Assembly (NCBI RefSeq): GCF_006345805.1
Contig: NC_042997.1
Coordinates: forward strand, 72,664,001-72,728,000
DNA from: Octopus sinensis
Lineage: Eukaryota
Direction: 5' to 3'
Length of the DNA stretch: 64,000 bases
The position numbers and the translations under genes are program-made. Within the stretch, counting starts at the first letter, position 1; every line of letters begins with the position of its first letter. The notes below the pieces were generated by a model that was not told the origin of the DNA, did no database searches, and was given only the letters and a program-made list of their open reading frames with translations. Positions 22,576 to 36,468 of this stretch are shown piece after piece.

Positions 22576-24203
22576 CAGTTGCGGCCAAAATGTTCAGAAC
22601 GGCATTATTTTCGTCAGAAAAGTAGGTATAAGTTTTTATCAAAGTTGTTTTATATTCTATAATTTTCACAGATAATAAATACAATAATATTTGTTATTGA
22701 CTGAGATTTTAGTGTTATTTGAAAGGATAATACAAAAGTTATGGATGGTTTAGTGATTTACTGCAAAACCTATGGCAGCCAAAATGGTCAGAACGGTTGC
22801 TTTTACTCCGTGTTTTAGTATATTTAACCGGCGAACTCTAATGTTTTGAATTTGTTTACGTGACGGTTCGTTTACTAAACATTATTAAGAATATCTGCAG
22901 TGTACTTTGTTAATATAATGCCACTTACTCCGTTACCAATTCGTCAGCAGATTATTAAGCTTCGAAAGAAGGATAATTTAAGTATTGGGTCTATTGCAAC
23001 GATTGTTAACAAGTCAATAAGTGTTGTTCACGGTATTCTTAAGGTCTACGATAATTGTGGTTCGTGTGAAGTAAGAAAGTCTACAGGTAAGCCAAGAAAA
23101 CGACCAAGAGAGAAGATCGTGCTATGGTAAAATTGGTTAAAAAGGACAGATTTAAAACTGCTGCTGCTGTTTCTCGGGAAATGAGCATTGTACTGAAGAA
23201 AACTTTATCTCGAAAAACTGTATCGTCGTTTAGTTGAACATAGCCTACAAGCAAGAGCACCTGCAGTGAAGCCACTGATCAGCTCCAAGAATAAAAAGTG
23301 TCATCTTACCTTTGCAACCGAAAATGTGTTGTGGTCTCAAAAAAAATGGCAAACGGTGCATTTCAGTGATGAATCTAAGTTTATGTTATTTGGCTCAGAT
23401 GGGAAAAGGTACGTTCGTCGAAAAGTAGGTGAAAAATTGTCGCCTAAATGCCTTAAGACTAGTGTTAAATTCGGTGAAGGAAGTGTCATGGTTTGGGGGA
23501 TGATATCTGGAGATGGTGTGGGGCCCTTTGGTGCGATTACATGGAAAGATAAATGCAGGAGTTTATAAACAACTTGTAAAAGATCATGCCTTGCCTGTGC
23601 TTAGAAATTCAACTAAGCGACCACCCATATTCATGCAGGACAATGCCCCATGTCACAAGGCTAAGGTGATCATGAACTTCCTCAAGGCTGAAAAAGTTAT
23701 TGTTATGGATTGGCCTGTTCAAAGCCCAGATCTCAATCCTATTGAAAATGTGTGGAATATTCTAGGAGAACGTTCGAAAGCCAGAAATCCTAAAACAACC
23801 GAGGAATTATGGAATGCCCTTCAGGAAGAATAGAATAAGATCACCCAGCAAGAAATTGAAAATTTAATTTCCTCATGCAGTCGAAGATGTCAAAGTGTGA
23901 TTGAAGCTAAAGGGCTTCACACTAAATATTAAATAATTCTAGTATTCTCTGTCATTTTTTTATTATTTTGTTATATTTTCAACCGTTCTGGTCATTTTGG
24001 CCGCCATGGGTTTTGCAGTAAATCACTAAACCATCCATAACTTTTGTATTATCCTCTCAAATTACACCATAATCTCAGAAAATAACAATTCATATTGTAT
24101 TTATTGTCTGTGAAAATTATAGAATATAAAACAACTTTTATACAAACTTATACCTACTTTTCTGACGAAATCAATGCCGTTCTGAACATTTTGGCTGCAA
24201 CTG
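22576..24203 (+). mobile_element. Tc1-family DNA transposon, IR/DR type, 1628 bp
   Basis: 224-bp TIRs (22576-22799, 23980-24203), each with two gccaaaatgNtcagaacgg direct repeats; TA flanks. Confidence 0.96.
22918..23932 (+). pseudogene. Tc1 DD34E transposase, frameshifted
   Basis: FSDESKF, MQDNAPCH and SPDLNPIENVW with 34 residues between the second D and the E; ends HTKY*. Confidence 0.95.
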
Positions 24204-24214
24204 TATATATATAT

Positions 24215-24715
24215 CAGCTTCCTCCAAGTAGGGACGGTAAAATCTGTTGCTCTGCCGATCCCAAAGAATAACGTTCGTAAAAAGTTTTTATCTCGTTTGG
24301 CTTAACAGCCCTCCTTGTTTGTGTTACTGTCATTCTCCGTTGTCTTGTTTATATTTTGTACTGTCGTTACTGTCCTGTTTTTGTTACCATTTTTACCCCT
24401 CCGCAAAAAAATCTCAAATTTTATTTAATTTGATTTCCGCGGGAAGGAAAATTTCATTGAAGTCATGTATCGCCTGACCTTCGAAACGTGGAGTAGATGA
24501 AATTAAGGGGACTGAAGAAGGGGAATTTTCCTTGTTTGTACGTCCTGTACTCTATTTTTTCGTTGTTTAAAAAAATGTCCATTTCCTCGGTTTTGTGTTT
24601 ATGTTTTCCTTTCTCATTGTGTTCGACGTTTTTTTGGTGTCCTGTACCCATATATGCATGTATATATACATGTAGAGGTAGGTACGTACATATATGTATG
24701 CATATATGCATATGT

Positions 24716-24720
<5 letters not shown>
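24215..24720 (+). repeat. Third, more diverged copy of the 18.5-19.8 kb arm sequence
   Basis: Shares ttttacccctccgcaaaa, ccttcgaaac, ctgaagaagggg and gtagaggtaggtacgtacata blocks. Confidence 0.7.
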
Positions 24721-24782
<62 letters not shown>

Positions 24783-24815
24783 TGCATGTATGTATATGGA
24801 TATGTATGTATATGG

Positions 24816-24847
<32 letters not shown>

Positions 24848-24848
24848 G

Positions 24849-24892
<44 letters not shown>

Positions 24893-24930
24893 TCTGAAAG
24901 AATGGAGTTGAACGACGAATTAACAAAATT

Positions 24931-25024
24931 CCTTAATTTTCGACACATGTTTCGAAGGCTGCATATTCCTAATTACGAAGGATAAGGAGTATATTATGCC
25001 GCTTTCTCATCAGGAAAAGCAAGG
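24931..25024 (-). ncRNA. Type I hammerhead ribozyme, left-arm copy
   Basis: Reverse complement gives ttttc-CTGATGA-G..C-GAAA-C-ATGT-G-TC-gaaaa. Confidence 0.8.
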
Positions 25025-25133
25025 AACTTACGCCAACATCAAGACGCACAAAAAACTTTTAGATGACTGCTCACACGGAGCCCATGAGCAGTCATCTAAA
25101 AGTTTTTTGTGCATCTTGATGTTGACGTAAGTT

Positions 25134-25228
25134 CCTTGCTTTTCCTGATGAGAAAGCGGCATAATATACTCCTTATTCCTTCGTAATTAGGAATATGCAG
25201 CCTTCGAAACATGTGTCGAAAATAAAGG
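25134..25228 (+). ncRNA. Type I hammerhead ribozyme, right-arm copy
   Basis: CTGATGA 25145-25151, extended stem II closed by G-C, GAAA 25206-25209, GUC site ending 25217, stem I ttttc/gaaaa extended by cctt/aagg. Confidence 0.8.
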
Positions 25229-25474
25229 AATTTTGTTAATTCGTCGTTCAACTCCATTCTTTCATATATTTATATTTAAAAAAAAAACATACAAATTTCC
25301 ACACGAAAGCACGTAACTTCAAACGTGTCTGCTCTAATGAGAATTTGCTACCCAGGTATCGGTTAACCGAATTATCCATAACAAGATAATTCATTCAACT
25401 ACTTAAATATATATATATATATAATATATATATATATTATATTATATTAAATTAGAGATAAAACTACTATTAGG

Positions 25475-25525
<51 letters not shown>

Positions 25526-25663
25526 CGGAGATGTAGTTGCATAGCGAATGACTTGATCTGAGATCGTGAGCTGGAACGAAAACAATTGCAGCGTGGAAGG
25601 TGTTTATAGGCCATTTAAGAAACACAAAACCCGTTAGATTCACTTCAACATTTAAATTTAATT

Positions 25664-25710
25664 TGTCAAAATATTTTCGTCGCTTTGAGACCGCAACCTG
25701 TTCACTGACA
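25664..25710 (-). ncRNA. Decayed hammerhead-like motif
   Basis: tgtca-GTGAACA-ggttgc..gcgac-GAAA-atattt-tgaca; stems intact but core mutated. Confidence 0.35.
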
Positions 25711-25716
25711 AAACTT

Positions 25717-25776
<60 letters not shown>

Positions 25777-25794
25777 AAGTTTATATATATAAGG

Positions 25795-25848
<54 letters not shown>

Positions 25849-25963
25849 AAGTTTATATATATATGAATGTATGTATGTATGTAAGTATGTATGTATGTAT
25901 GTATGTATGTATGTATGTATGTATGTATGTATGTATGTATGTATGTATGTATGCATGTATATA

Positions 25964-26197
25964 CAAGGTGTTCAAAAAGTCTTTCCGCAATGAATGAAGT
26001 GCCCACACGGCAGTAAAATAGAAATTTGAATTTTATGTATTAAAATGAAGGACGACACTTTCAACACCTCTTTAAACGTTTTTTAAAGTTTTGCAAAGTC
26101 TAGTATATACTTTTGTAGTCTTATACCATCTTATAAATATTTATCTTCCAATACTTATCTGCAATACTTCCTGCGGAGAGACTTTTTGAACACCCTT
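25964..26197. mobile_element. Mariner-type MITE, 234 bp
   Basis: ~26-bp TIRs caaggtgttcaaaaagtctttccgca; TA flanks. Confidence 0.8.
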
Positions 26198-26217
26198 TAT
26201 GAATACATACATGCATA

Positions 26218-26626
26218 GGCGCAGGAGTGGCTGTGTGGTAAGTACCTTGCTTACCAACCACATGGTTCCGGGTTCAGTCTCACTGCGTGGCATCTTGGGC
26301 AAGTGTCTTCTACTACAGCCTCGGGCCAACCAAAACCTTGTGAGTGGATTTTGTAGACGGAAACTGAAAGAAGCCCGTCGTATATATGTATGTATATGTG
26401 TGTATGTATGTTTGTATGTCTGTGTTTGTCCCCCTAGCATTGCTTGACAACCGATGCTGGTGTGTTTACGTCCCCGTTACTTAGCGGTTCGGCAAAAGAG
26501 ACCGATAGAATAAGTACTGGGCTTGCAAAGAATAAGTCCTGGGGTCGATTTGCTCGACTAAAGGCGGTGCTCCAGCATGGCCGCAGTCAAATGACTGAAA
26601 CAAGTAAAAGAGTAAAAGAGTAAGAG
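26218..26626 (+). mobile_element. SINE family A, full length
   Basis: Box A tggctgtgtgg, box B ggttcagtc, internal microsatellite, (agagtaaa)n tail. Confidence 0.93.
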
Positions 26627-26666
26627 TATGCATACATACATATATACATACATACATACATATATA

Positions 26667-26731
<65 letters not shown>

Positions 26732-27887
26732 ACATGATTTTAGAAACAAGTTCTTACACAGACACATACTAGATACGCACTGGAAACTTTTTTCTGACAA
26801 ACAATGTTTCTTTTATACACATACTCTCTTCCATGTGTATAGTGTCTGTTTCTATCTGTCTGTCTGTCCCTATCTCTCTCGCTCACTTCCTGCTTTTCTC
26901 TTTCCCTCCCTCTCTCTCCCACACACACACTCACACACACACACACACACACACACACCACACACACACCACACACACATACTTTTTCTCTTATTCACAG
27001 TAACACACTTATTTTCTCTTACGTGCATCACTTTCATAGGCATCTCTCATATCCACTCACGAAATTATGTCTAATCTCAGATTGTCTCTCTGTTTCTCTC
27101 TCCTCCACTCTCTCTTTCTCACTCACACACTCACACACACACACACATGCACGCACACGCACGCAAACACACACGCACGCGCACGCACGCACACACACGC
27201 ACATACATACACATATCTCAAACCATAAGTAGGTACTCAGACACAAGATGTCTCATTAGAAATTTTTTATATATATTTTTAAAGTGTGGTAATTAAATTT
27301 CTTAGCAACAAATATATGAAAACACCACTTCCGCTTTGCGGGTGATCAGCACCTTTACATGTACGTAATAAACTGTTAAGCAGACCAACTAGGCAATTAC
27401 ACTTCTTTCTTACATTTAAACACGTCTTAGTGTTCACGTTAGTTTTTGTGGTACTAACGAAAAACCCAGAATGGTATGTTTAATGGTTTCTTTTCTATCT
27501 GTTTGTTTATTGTTGCTGTTATTAGATCTCAAGCATATGCTCAAAAGCATTCGTTTTCCTTTCTTTCTTTCTTTTGTTTTTTACAGTAATTTAGGACTTC
27601 ATAAAACAAAATATCATTAGATATGTAAAGTAGTTCTGTGATTTGCGGGAGATTCGGTTGATATTTCTAGTGTCAGGGTCCTACATGAACTTGTTTGTTT
27701 TTATTTAAGGTGCTGATAAAGATTTTATATATGACAAATACAATAAATGTTTTCGCTGCTTATATTTTTAAACCTCAGAAGAATAGATAGACAGAAATTT
27801 TGACAAATTGACACATAGGTAAAGAAGTTAAACAGACAGATAAACAAGCAGACAGGCAGCCATCCAGATAGATAGATATATAGATAA

Positions 27888-27888
27888 C

Positions 27889-27943
<55 letters not shown>

Positions 27944-27975
27944 CTAGATAGATAGATAGATAGATAGATAGATAT

Positions 27976-28016
<41 letters not shown>

Positions 28017-28020
28017 AAGG
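27888..28020. repeat. (GATA)n(GACA)n microsatellite
   Basis: Directly visible. Confidence 0.95.
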
Positions 28021-28554
28021 AGATAAAGAGAGACAAAGACTGGGAAGGAAATAGATTGCAGAACAGGAATCATAAATGATTGTTTATAGTTGTCGATATA
28101 CAAGAACACATAGTTCGCTAGCTAGATACAGAGATAGTTTGATGTACCCGCACGCACACACATACACACACATGCCCTTATATATGGTCACACATACGCA
28201 TGCTTCTGTAGATATGTATATGTGCATATGAGAGTGGATACATATATGCATACGATGTGAATTTTCCCAGGCCTCCCCCCCCGTTTGCGAGCGCATGTTC
28301 TTTTCATATTCGTTTAGAGCAAGTTGTTTTACACCTATTACACTATTTTCTTTTCTTTTTTTTTTTTGCTCGGGTCAAACGCTTTAGTTTAACCGATATA
28401 CCTACCTATACAGGTATCTCGAAATCGAATTACATACACAGTATATATCGATATCTATAATAATCATTTATATTTCCTGTTAAGCAAGTTATCTCCTTTC
28501 TCCGTGTCCATCTATCTGCCTAATTGCTTATCTATCAATCTGTCTATCTATCTA

Positions 28555-28587
<33 letters not shown>

Positions 28588-28680
28588 GGTATGACAATAT
28601 TTCTATTTATCTGTTTCTGTTCTTCACTGGACTTAAAATATAAACGGCAAAATAGATTGGTATATATATATATATATTAG

Positions 28681-28843
28681 GGCGCAGGAGTGACTGTGTG
28701 GTAAGTAGCTTGCTAACCAACCTCATGGTTCCGGGTTCAGTCCCACTGCGTGGCATCTTGGGCAAGTGTCGTCTGCTATAGCCCCGGGCCGACCAATGCC
28801 TTGTGAGTGGATTTGGTAGATGGAAACTGAAAGAAGCCTGTCG

Positions 28844-28882
<39 letters not shown>

Positions 28883-29107
28883 ATGTGTTTGTGTGTCTGT
28901 GCTTGTCCCCCTAGCATTGCTTGGCAACCGATGCTGGTGTGTTTACGTCCCCGTCACTTAGCGCTTCGGCAAAAAGAGACCGATAGAATAAGTACTGGGC
29001 TTACAAAAAGAATAAGTCCCGGGGTCGAGTTGCTCGACTAAAGGCGGTGCTCCAGCATGGCCGCAGTCAAATGACTGAAACAAGTAAAAGAGTAAAAGAG
29101 TAAAGAG
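28681..29107 (+). mobile_element. SINE family A, full length
   Basis: Highly similar to 26218-26626. Confidence 0.93.
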
Positions 29108-29118
29108 TATATATATAT

Positions 29119-29173
<55 letters not shown>

Positions 29174-29849
29174 GTATATGTATATGTATGTGTATGTATG
29201 TATATATGTATGTATATATCTGTATGTCTGTATGCATATGTATGCATATATTGTCTGTTACACAGACACACACACACAGATATAGGTTCTGGTATGGCTG
29301 CGTTGTTAGAAAATAGCTTTGCAACAACGTAGTTTCGGGTTCAGTCACGTCGCGCCTTATGAGAGAATATTGGCATCCAGAAAATGAGTGAAAGCACATC
29401 ATGTGTGCGCGAGCGCGTGTGTGTGTGTGCGCACATGTATGTAAGTATGTATGTATGTATGCATGTATGTATGTATGAATGTATGTATGTATGTATGTAT
29501 GTATGTATGTGTGTGTTTTGACTGATTAAGTAGTAACCTGTTATTGAAGAGTTTGCTGAATGTGTAGTCAGTTCTCTAGCCAGTAAAACTTTAAGTAAAT
29601 CAGTTTTATTTGTCCTGGGGAACGGACTATAAACCGAAGAAACTCCTGAGCAACAGGCTACTGGATAGGTTGAGGTAAATAACTGCATTCTGTTCAAGTA
29701 TCGAGTTCTTCTCTCCCTTCCGTTTTTGCGTGTGTGTATGTATATGCATCTCCCATCTCTCTTTATATATATATATAAAATATAATATAATATAATATTA
29801 TATATATATATATAAAATCAAAATAAGCAACAAGGATATCCAGAGGTAA

Positions 29850-29932
29850 TGCAGTGCAATCGTTTCATGCAACTCCATTTAATTGAACAATGCAATCATT
29901 ACATTTAAAATGTAGAGCAATCTTCAGCTGCA
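29850..29932 (-). ncRNA. Degenerate type I hammerhead in a probable Penelope-type terminal repeat (~29790-30700)
   Basis: TGCAG-CTGAAGA-long stem II-GAAA-C-GATT-G-CA-CTGCA; the cleavage triplet reads GCA rather than GUH. Confidence 0.55.
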
Positions 29933-30774
29933 CAAAGACATAGAATTTAATTAAATTAGAACAGATGGACACATTAGTATAATTATACCTAAATTCTCCA
30001 AGAAGTTAAGGATATAGACAAAGAACATGTTGTTTCTACTTCAGCATAGAAGTTAATGAAATTATCAAGAAGACTCCGCCTGCCACTGATCTTTTTGTCT
30101 TTATGGGGTTAGTTTTAGTTTATAGGCTAGTTTATCAAATCCCTTGTATATCTAAGACTGAGAGAACGCAGGGCAGTATCTGTTAGGGGTAGGGCTGAGA
30201 TAGTAGACAGACGTTCTAGTTGGTATTATCGAAAGATTTATCATAAGCAATATCATGGGGTTTAGTAGGTGAAAACTTAAAACAAGATGTTAGCTGATAA
30301 TTAGTATGTTCCTTTACCCCAATACTCCTTTAATACCTGTATATACTAATTAATCAATATTCACAGATACTGTCTGACGAGTTAGTATTTAAGTGTACAA
30401 TATGTATAAATATTAAACTATTTCTGGATAATTTATTTTCCCCTCTCTGTTGTGGTAAGAAGTTTGGTATATACTCAAAAGAATTCATAAATTTCTATCC
30501 TTTTATTATAATATTCTTCTTAATAATCCTCTGAATAACCCTAAACTTTAACTGTTTATATAGCAACATTGTTAAAAATATTTAACTATAGTACATTATG
30601 ATAAGACTTCCGCTGTTTCATTATCAATAGTCTGCTAGTGGGCGACCCTCTTAATTATCAGCTAAAATCTTGTTTTAAGTTTTCCCCTACTATACCTCAT
30701 GATATTGTTTATAATAAATCTTGATTTTTATGACTATACCAACTGCAAGTTATTTCGTCTGATTCTCCCAGTTC

Positions 30775-30885
30775 AGAGAAGATGGCAGTTGGACAGAATT
30801 TCGAGAACGTCGGACAAATTGCCTTGCGGCATTTGTTCTGGATTTCAGTATTCTGAGTTCGAATGTCGCCGAGGTCAGCTGTAGG
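30775..30885 (+). mobile_element. SINE family B head, diverged
   Basis: ttctgagttcgaatgtcgccgaggtc box B region. Confidence 0.55.
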
Positions 30886-31149
30886 GAACTTGGAATGATA
30901 TAAAGAGGAGCAAACAAGTACGTACACCAAATCCATGGCAGCCTTAAAATAAGCGAATTACAAAATGTTGCCTCACATATTCCACATAATTTTTTCCCCA
31001 TCTAAATGCAACCGTAACTCCTATAGACATAAATGTTTTCAATTGTATGGCACCTCACCTGTTGGATCGTCAGGTGCAAAACGTTACTGTTTCTTGAGGT
31101 CTCTGGTGGAGACTTTCGTGCAACTCGTATAAATTAAAACAAAACCAAA

Positions 31150-31312
31150 AAAAAAAAAAATAATAATAATAATAATGGTGATGATGATGATGATGATGAT
31201 GATGATGACGACGACGACAACAACAACAACGACAACAACAACAACAACAACAGCAACAACAGCATCAACAGCAACAACCACAACAACAACAACAATAACA
31301 ATAATAATAATA
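31150..31312. repeat. Compound triplet microsatellite (TAA/TGA/CGA/CAA)
   Basis: Directly visible. Confidence 0.95.
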
Positions 31313-31827
31313 AACCGAAAAGATCCACAAGCACAGTGTAGAATGGTGACAAAATCTGAACCATTGATTATTAGGCTGGTAATCTTTGTTTCAGCCGTTA
31401 ACTCTCTTATTAACTACTAAACATCATTTTCAAATGATTCTTTCAGCTAAAATGTCAATGAAGAATTAGGTGAAGACTACAGATATTTAATTAGGTTGCT
31501 TCCTAGCTCTACTTGTTCAACGGCAACATTTGTGGGCTTCTGTCAGATCGCAGTTCCATGTGTTCAAACTTTATGAACTTAGGGTCAGCATATAAATCAC
31601 CCTTTTGTGTTTAACTTCAAAGAATTACTTTGAAATGGTTCTCAACATTTCCACTCCAGTTATTCTGCTATCAAAAGTTCCTTGTAACAGAACAACTTGT
31701 AAACTTGTAACCTAAATTATTTTTGACTTCTTCTTGTCCCTGTGATTAAAAGCAAACTTCATTAAATGCTGTAATGTAATAAAAACAATGAATACACATC
31801 AAACATACCTAACATATAATAATAATA

Positions 31828-31886
<59 letters not shown>

Positions 31887-31888
<2 letters not shown>

Positions 31889-34800
31889 CAAATCTAATCC
31901 AATAACATCGACGGAATTAGATAAAGGAACCTAAGGAAAACTTGAAGGAAGCGACCTTTTAACGAAGACACTAAGAAAAAAAACGAAATTTCACTGCCAT
32001 ACAAAGTACAGTTTCTCCTACGCACGGTGTCTCAAGGAAACATGTGCGAAACACACGCACGATATCAACACCGGAAAGTTTACATAGAATAAAATAGAAA
32101 CGGACCAAAATAGAAAATAGTGAGTACATAAATTGAATAATTATGCATACACTCGAATGTCTACACAATCATATATACATTTTGATACCCATAGGACTAC
32201 ACATACATCCTAAAGTTGAACACACTAAGTGAAATTTACAGGACACACACTCACGCACATGAAAACACGTGTCACAAACCAAGCAAAAACAGAATCAAAA
32301 CTTTCTTTGTTTTTTTTCTTATTTTATTCTCATATTTTAAAACTACCACAGACAGAGTGAACCTTTCATAAGGGTAAAAAACACCACAAAAACAAAAAAA
32401 CTATGTCCGGAGTTAAATCTACCAACAACAAAATTATAAATAAAAAAATACCGACGAATACAGACCTGCTAGCCTTAATAAATTACGATACGAGCGATGT
32501 TTATATTTAGAGGCGGTGTCGTCGCAAAAACTTAACCCTAAACTGACAGATCCGACTCCTAATGTAAGAGCCGAAGCTCGTCATGCCTCAATGTCAACAA
32601 AACAAATTACAAACCACAATGGTCATCGATCGGTTTACAAAAGACCACAAAGCCGAACATTGAACCAAATTCTGATTGAAAAATCAGCCACTGGTTCAAA
32701 TCTTTCCGACACAGAGGAGCTGGACGTACCCCACAACCGGAAAATTCCAACAGATGGCCATCCATGCCCGTCATCAAATAACCAAAAGAAAAAGAATGAA
32801 AAATGGTCTAGGGAAGATAATAAGGAAGTTCTTACGGCCTTCTACCATGCCATATATTTCCCCACAGATAAATCTAACACTGTACAAACCTACATAAACT
32901 GGAGACAGAAACACCCTGAAGTAAGACCCTACATAGACAGTAACAAACATGCCAACGTCAGAGGAAACATTATAAAAAAAATATTGACTGAAGTAGAGAT
33001 TGATCAACTTAGACAAGCAGTAACGGATAAAAACAACGAAGACACAGCTAAAGAAGATAATACAGAGGAAATAATTATAGACCAGCCCAGGGCTGATATA
33101 AACGCAGTAAGGGTTGAAAGAGTATAATTGATAGGCAAAGTGAAATACTCACTGAACCAATCATAAACACTAAGACAGATGAACATCAAGTAGAAGAAGA
33201 AAGTCACACAAATATTGACCCAACTGAACTACATGAACTAAAGAATCAAAACCAGTATGGATGAACGTGATACACTCCCTAGAATCCGCAACTCTAACCA
33301 AAACATGAAAATAATTGGTAAAATCCGGCTTGCACCTAAGGATATAATTTCAGCTAATGATGTTGATATCACAGATCTCAACCACCTATACTATGCATCC
33401 GCGAAAATCTCAACGATTCTATGTGGTGAAAAGATTAGAAAACGGCAACATTCCCACAAAAAGCCTTCTTGGCAAGAGCGTATCCAACATCAAATTAAAC
33501 TTCTTAGGTCTGACATTGAATGTTTGAAAAACCTTAAGGTTGACAAGACTACCAAACCTACAAAACCCAAAAATTAAAGAAAAATATAATATGAAGACTA
33601 TACTTGATATTGATGCCACCATAGAAACCATCAAGCAAAAGGTATCTGTTAAAGCTGCCCGCATAGCGAGATATGAAAAGCGTGTTAGATTCTTCAAGGA
33701 AAACAACATGTTCAAAAACAACCCCAAAATTTTTACAGGAAGATAGGGAAATCACCAGTTACTGTAAAGTCTGTACCATCAAAAGAAGAAGTGCACGGTA
33801 TTTGGAATGAAATTTGGGCAGAAGAAAAAACACACAACGAAAAGGCCCCTTGGATTGATAGACTATCTACAGACTCCTTAGAGGAGCAAAAGTGGGAGGG
33901 TGTCAAAGTAGAAGATATAAGATCTGCTCTCAGAAGGTCAAGCAAATAGAAGTCTCCGGGAAAGGATAACATTCCTAACGTCTGGTTGAATGCCTTCCCA
34001 GAGAGCCATGAACTGCTAACAGAACTTTACAATGATGTTTTGCAACACCCTAGTAGGATGCCTGCTTGGCTAGTTAATGGTTTGAACCAAAATACTATAG
34101 ACCCATAACTTGCTTAACAACTATGTATAAAACGCTAACATCAGTCCTGACGGAATATACCTATAGTTTTTTAATAAACAGCAGCATATTCCCTAATGAA
34201 CAGAAAGGATGTAAACGTGAATCCTATGGTTGTAAAGATCAGCTACCCATCAATAAGATGATCTTAGAAGATTGTCACAAACGACACAAAAACTTATCAA
34301 TAGCCTGGATAGGCTATAAAAAGGCTTTTGATAGCCTACTACATAGCTGGATAAAGAAATGCCTGGAAATGTATAAAATAGCTCCTACTCTGCGAAACAT
34401 TTTGTCTGTAAGTATGAGATCATGGAGAACCACTCTAACTTTGAACAGTGACAATTAATCTCTAAATGCTGGTGATGTAAAAATTTCATGTGGTATTTTC
34501 CAAGGCGACTCACTATCACCACTCCTCTTTTGTTTAGCCTTAATACCTCTCTCAAAATTGCTCAATGACGCTCAGCACGGATATAAAATGTTGGATAAAA
34601 ATATAAATCATCTCATTTACATGGATGATTTAAAGCTCTTTGCAAAAAATGACCAACAACTCAAGGGCTTACTAACGATTGTTAAACAATTCAGCGATGA
34701 CATCAGAATGCAATTTGGCCTCGATAAATGTGCAAAAGCTACCTTTATCAAAGGAAAAATGACAGAAACATCTAAAGTTAACCTTGACCAGCAGAATGTC

Positions 34801-36357
34801 ATAAAAAAGTTAGACCCATCGGAGAGCTACAAGTACCTAGGGGTAATTGAAGGGGATGGAATAAGTCATTTAGGGGTGAAGGAAAGCATCAGGAGAGAAT
34901 GTTATCGCAGAGTAAGAGCAATACTCAAGACAGAGCTGAATGCGAGAAACAGGATCGAAGCGATCAATGCTTTAGCAATACCAGTCGTGACTTACAGTTT
35001 CAATATCGTTAACTGGTCAATTACTGAAATATGTAATCTTCACAGAAAAATACGAAAACTGTTGACAATGCATAGAATGCACCACCCTAAGGATGATATA
35101 GAACGACTTTATCTGCCAAGAAAAGAGGGAGGCCGTGGACTTTTACAACTGGCAATAACAATGAAGATTGCTACTATTGGTCTAGACACCTACCTGAAAA
35201 ACTCTGGGGACTGGATGTTAAATCTTGTCTCAAAACATGAAAACAAAAACGCATCATAGTCAGTAACAAAACAGGCAAAGGAATATCTAAGTGAATTCCG
35301 AATACAACAAATTTCGGAATTAGACATACAAGAAACAAGCACAGAAAAAGCTAAGCGCATGAAAACCCGTGCTAAAACTGCTGCTTAGATATTCTGAATG
35401 AGAAATGGCAAGAAAAACCTCTCAATGGCAAATACCCAAAGAGGGCGAATAATGCAAATGTTAACAAAGCCCTGACCCATCAATGGCTAATGACCTCTGG
35501 ATTAAAATCTGAAACAGAAGGGTTTATCATAGCAGCCCAAGATCAATGCCTACCTACAAAGAACTACCAGGCCAACATATTAAAGAATGGCAGTAGCCCA
35601 ACATGTCGAGTATGTCAACAACAAAATGAAAACATTGATCATTTTGTCTCCAAGTGCAGTCTTCTTGCACTTACAGAGTATTTCAACAGGCATGATAGAG
35701 CTGCACAATATATTCACTGGGTAATTTGCAGAAGCCTGCCCCATGATAAAAACTGGTGGGAACACAAACCACCTCCAGTGCTTGAAAATGACCACATCGT
35801 ACTCCACTGGAACTTTACCATTCAAACTGACAGAAAGATTGGCGCGAATAGGCCAGGCATCATAGTAAAAAACTTCAGACAAAAAACATGCCTCCTCATT
35901 GATATGACTGTTCCAATCGATATAAACGTATCTGTCAAGACCTACCAGAACTGAGCAAATATAAAGATCGTGAAATAGAAATCAGAAAAATGTGGAACTT
36001 GAAGACTAAAACAATACCTGAAGACTAAAACAATGCCCTGGGAATGATAGCAAAAGGGGCTGATTGCTACCTAACTCAGATACCAGGAAACCCAAAAATG
36101 GCAGAAATTCAAAAGATAGTGCTCATAGAAACTGCTCATATCCTACGCAAAATACTTTCTATGTAATCTCAAGTTTTAAAACAAACATAATTTTCGTAAG
36201 GTTTTTTTAGGCATTCACTAGTGCAACACTAAGTACAAAACCAAATATATGGTACCTTAGGAATAACACCAACATGAACTTCCAACTTGTTGTCTCTTGA
36301 GGTATCTGGGTGAGACTTGGAGCCAGCTTGTGCAAATGTAAAGCAAAAGTCAATCAT
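31887..36357 (+). mobile_element. Near full-length R4/Dong-like RLE LINE, family A, inside (TAA)n
   Basis: N-terminal KWSREDN motif; RT (EQKGCKR, QGDSLSPLLF, YMDDLKL); CCHC CRVC..ENIDH...C; RLE NRPGIIV..LIDMTVP; TAA tracts at 31811-31886 and 36358-36468; many stops and frameshifts. Confidence 0.92.
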
Positions 36358-36432
<75 letters not shown>

Positions 36433-36437
36433 TAATA

Positions 36438-36468
<31 letters not shown>

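Larger units (their letters stand above)
24885..25274. repeat. ~390-bp palindrome of a Penelope-type terminal repeat
   Basis: ~185-bp arms with about 5 differences; 11-nt loop at 25074-25084. Confidence 0.95.

Noticed and set aside
26218-26300. tRNA genes at SINE heads (also 28681, 46794, 56226)
   Set aside because: A/B boxes are present but there is no convincing cloverleaf, and each runs into a repeated SINE body
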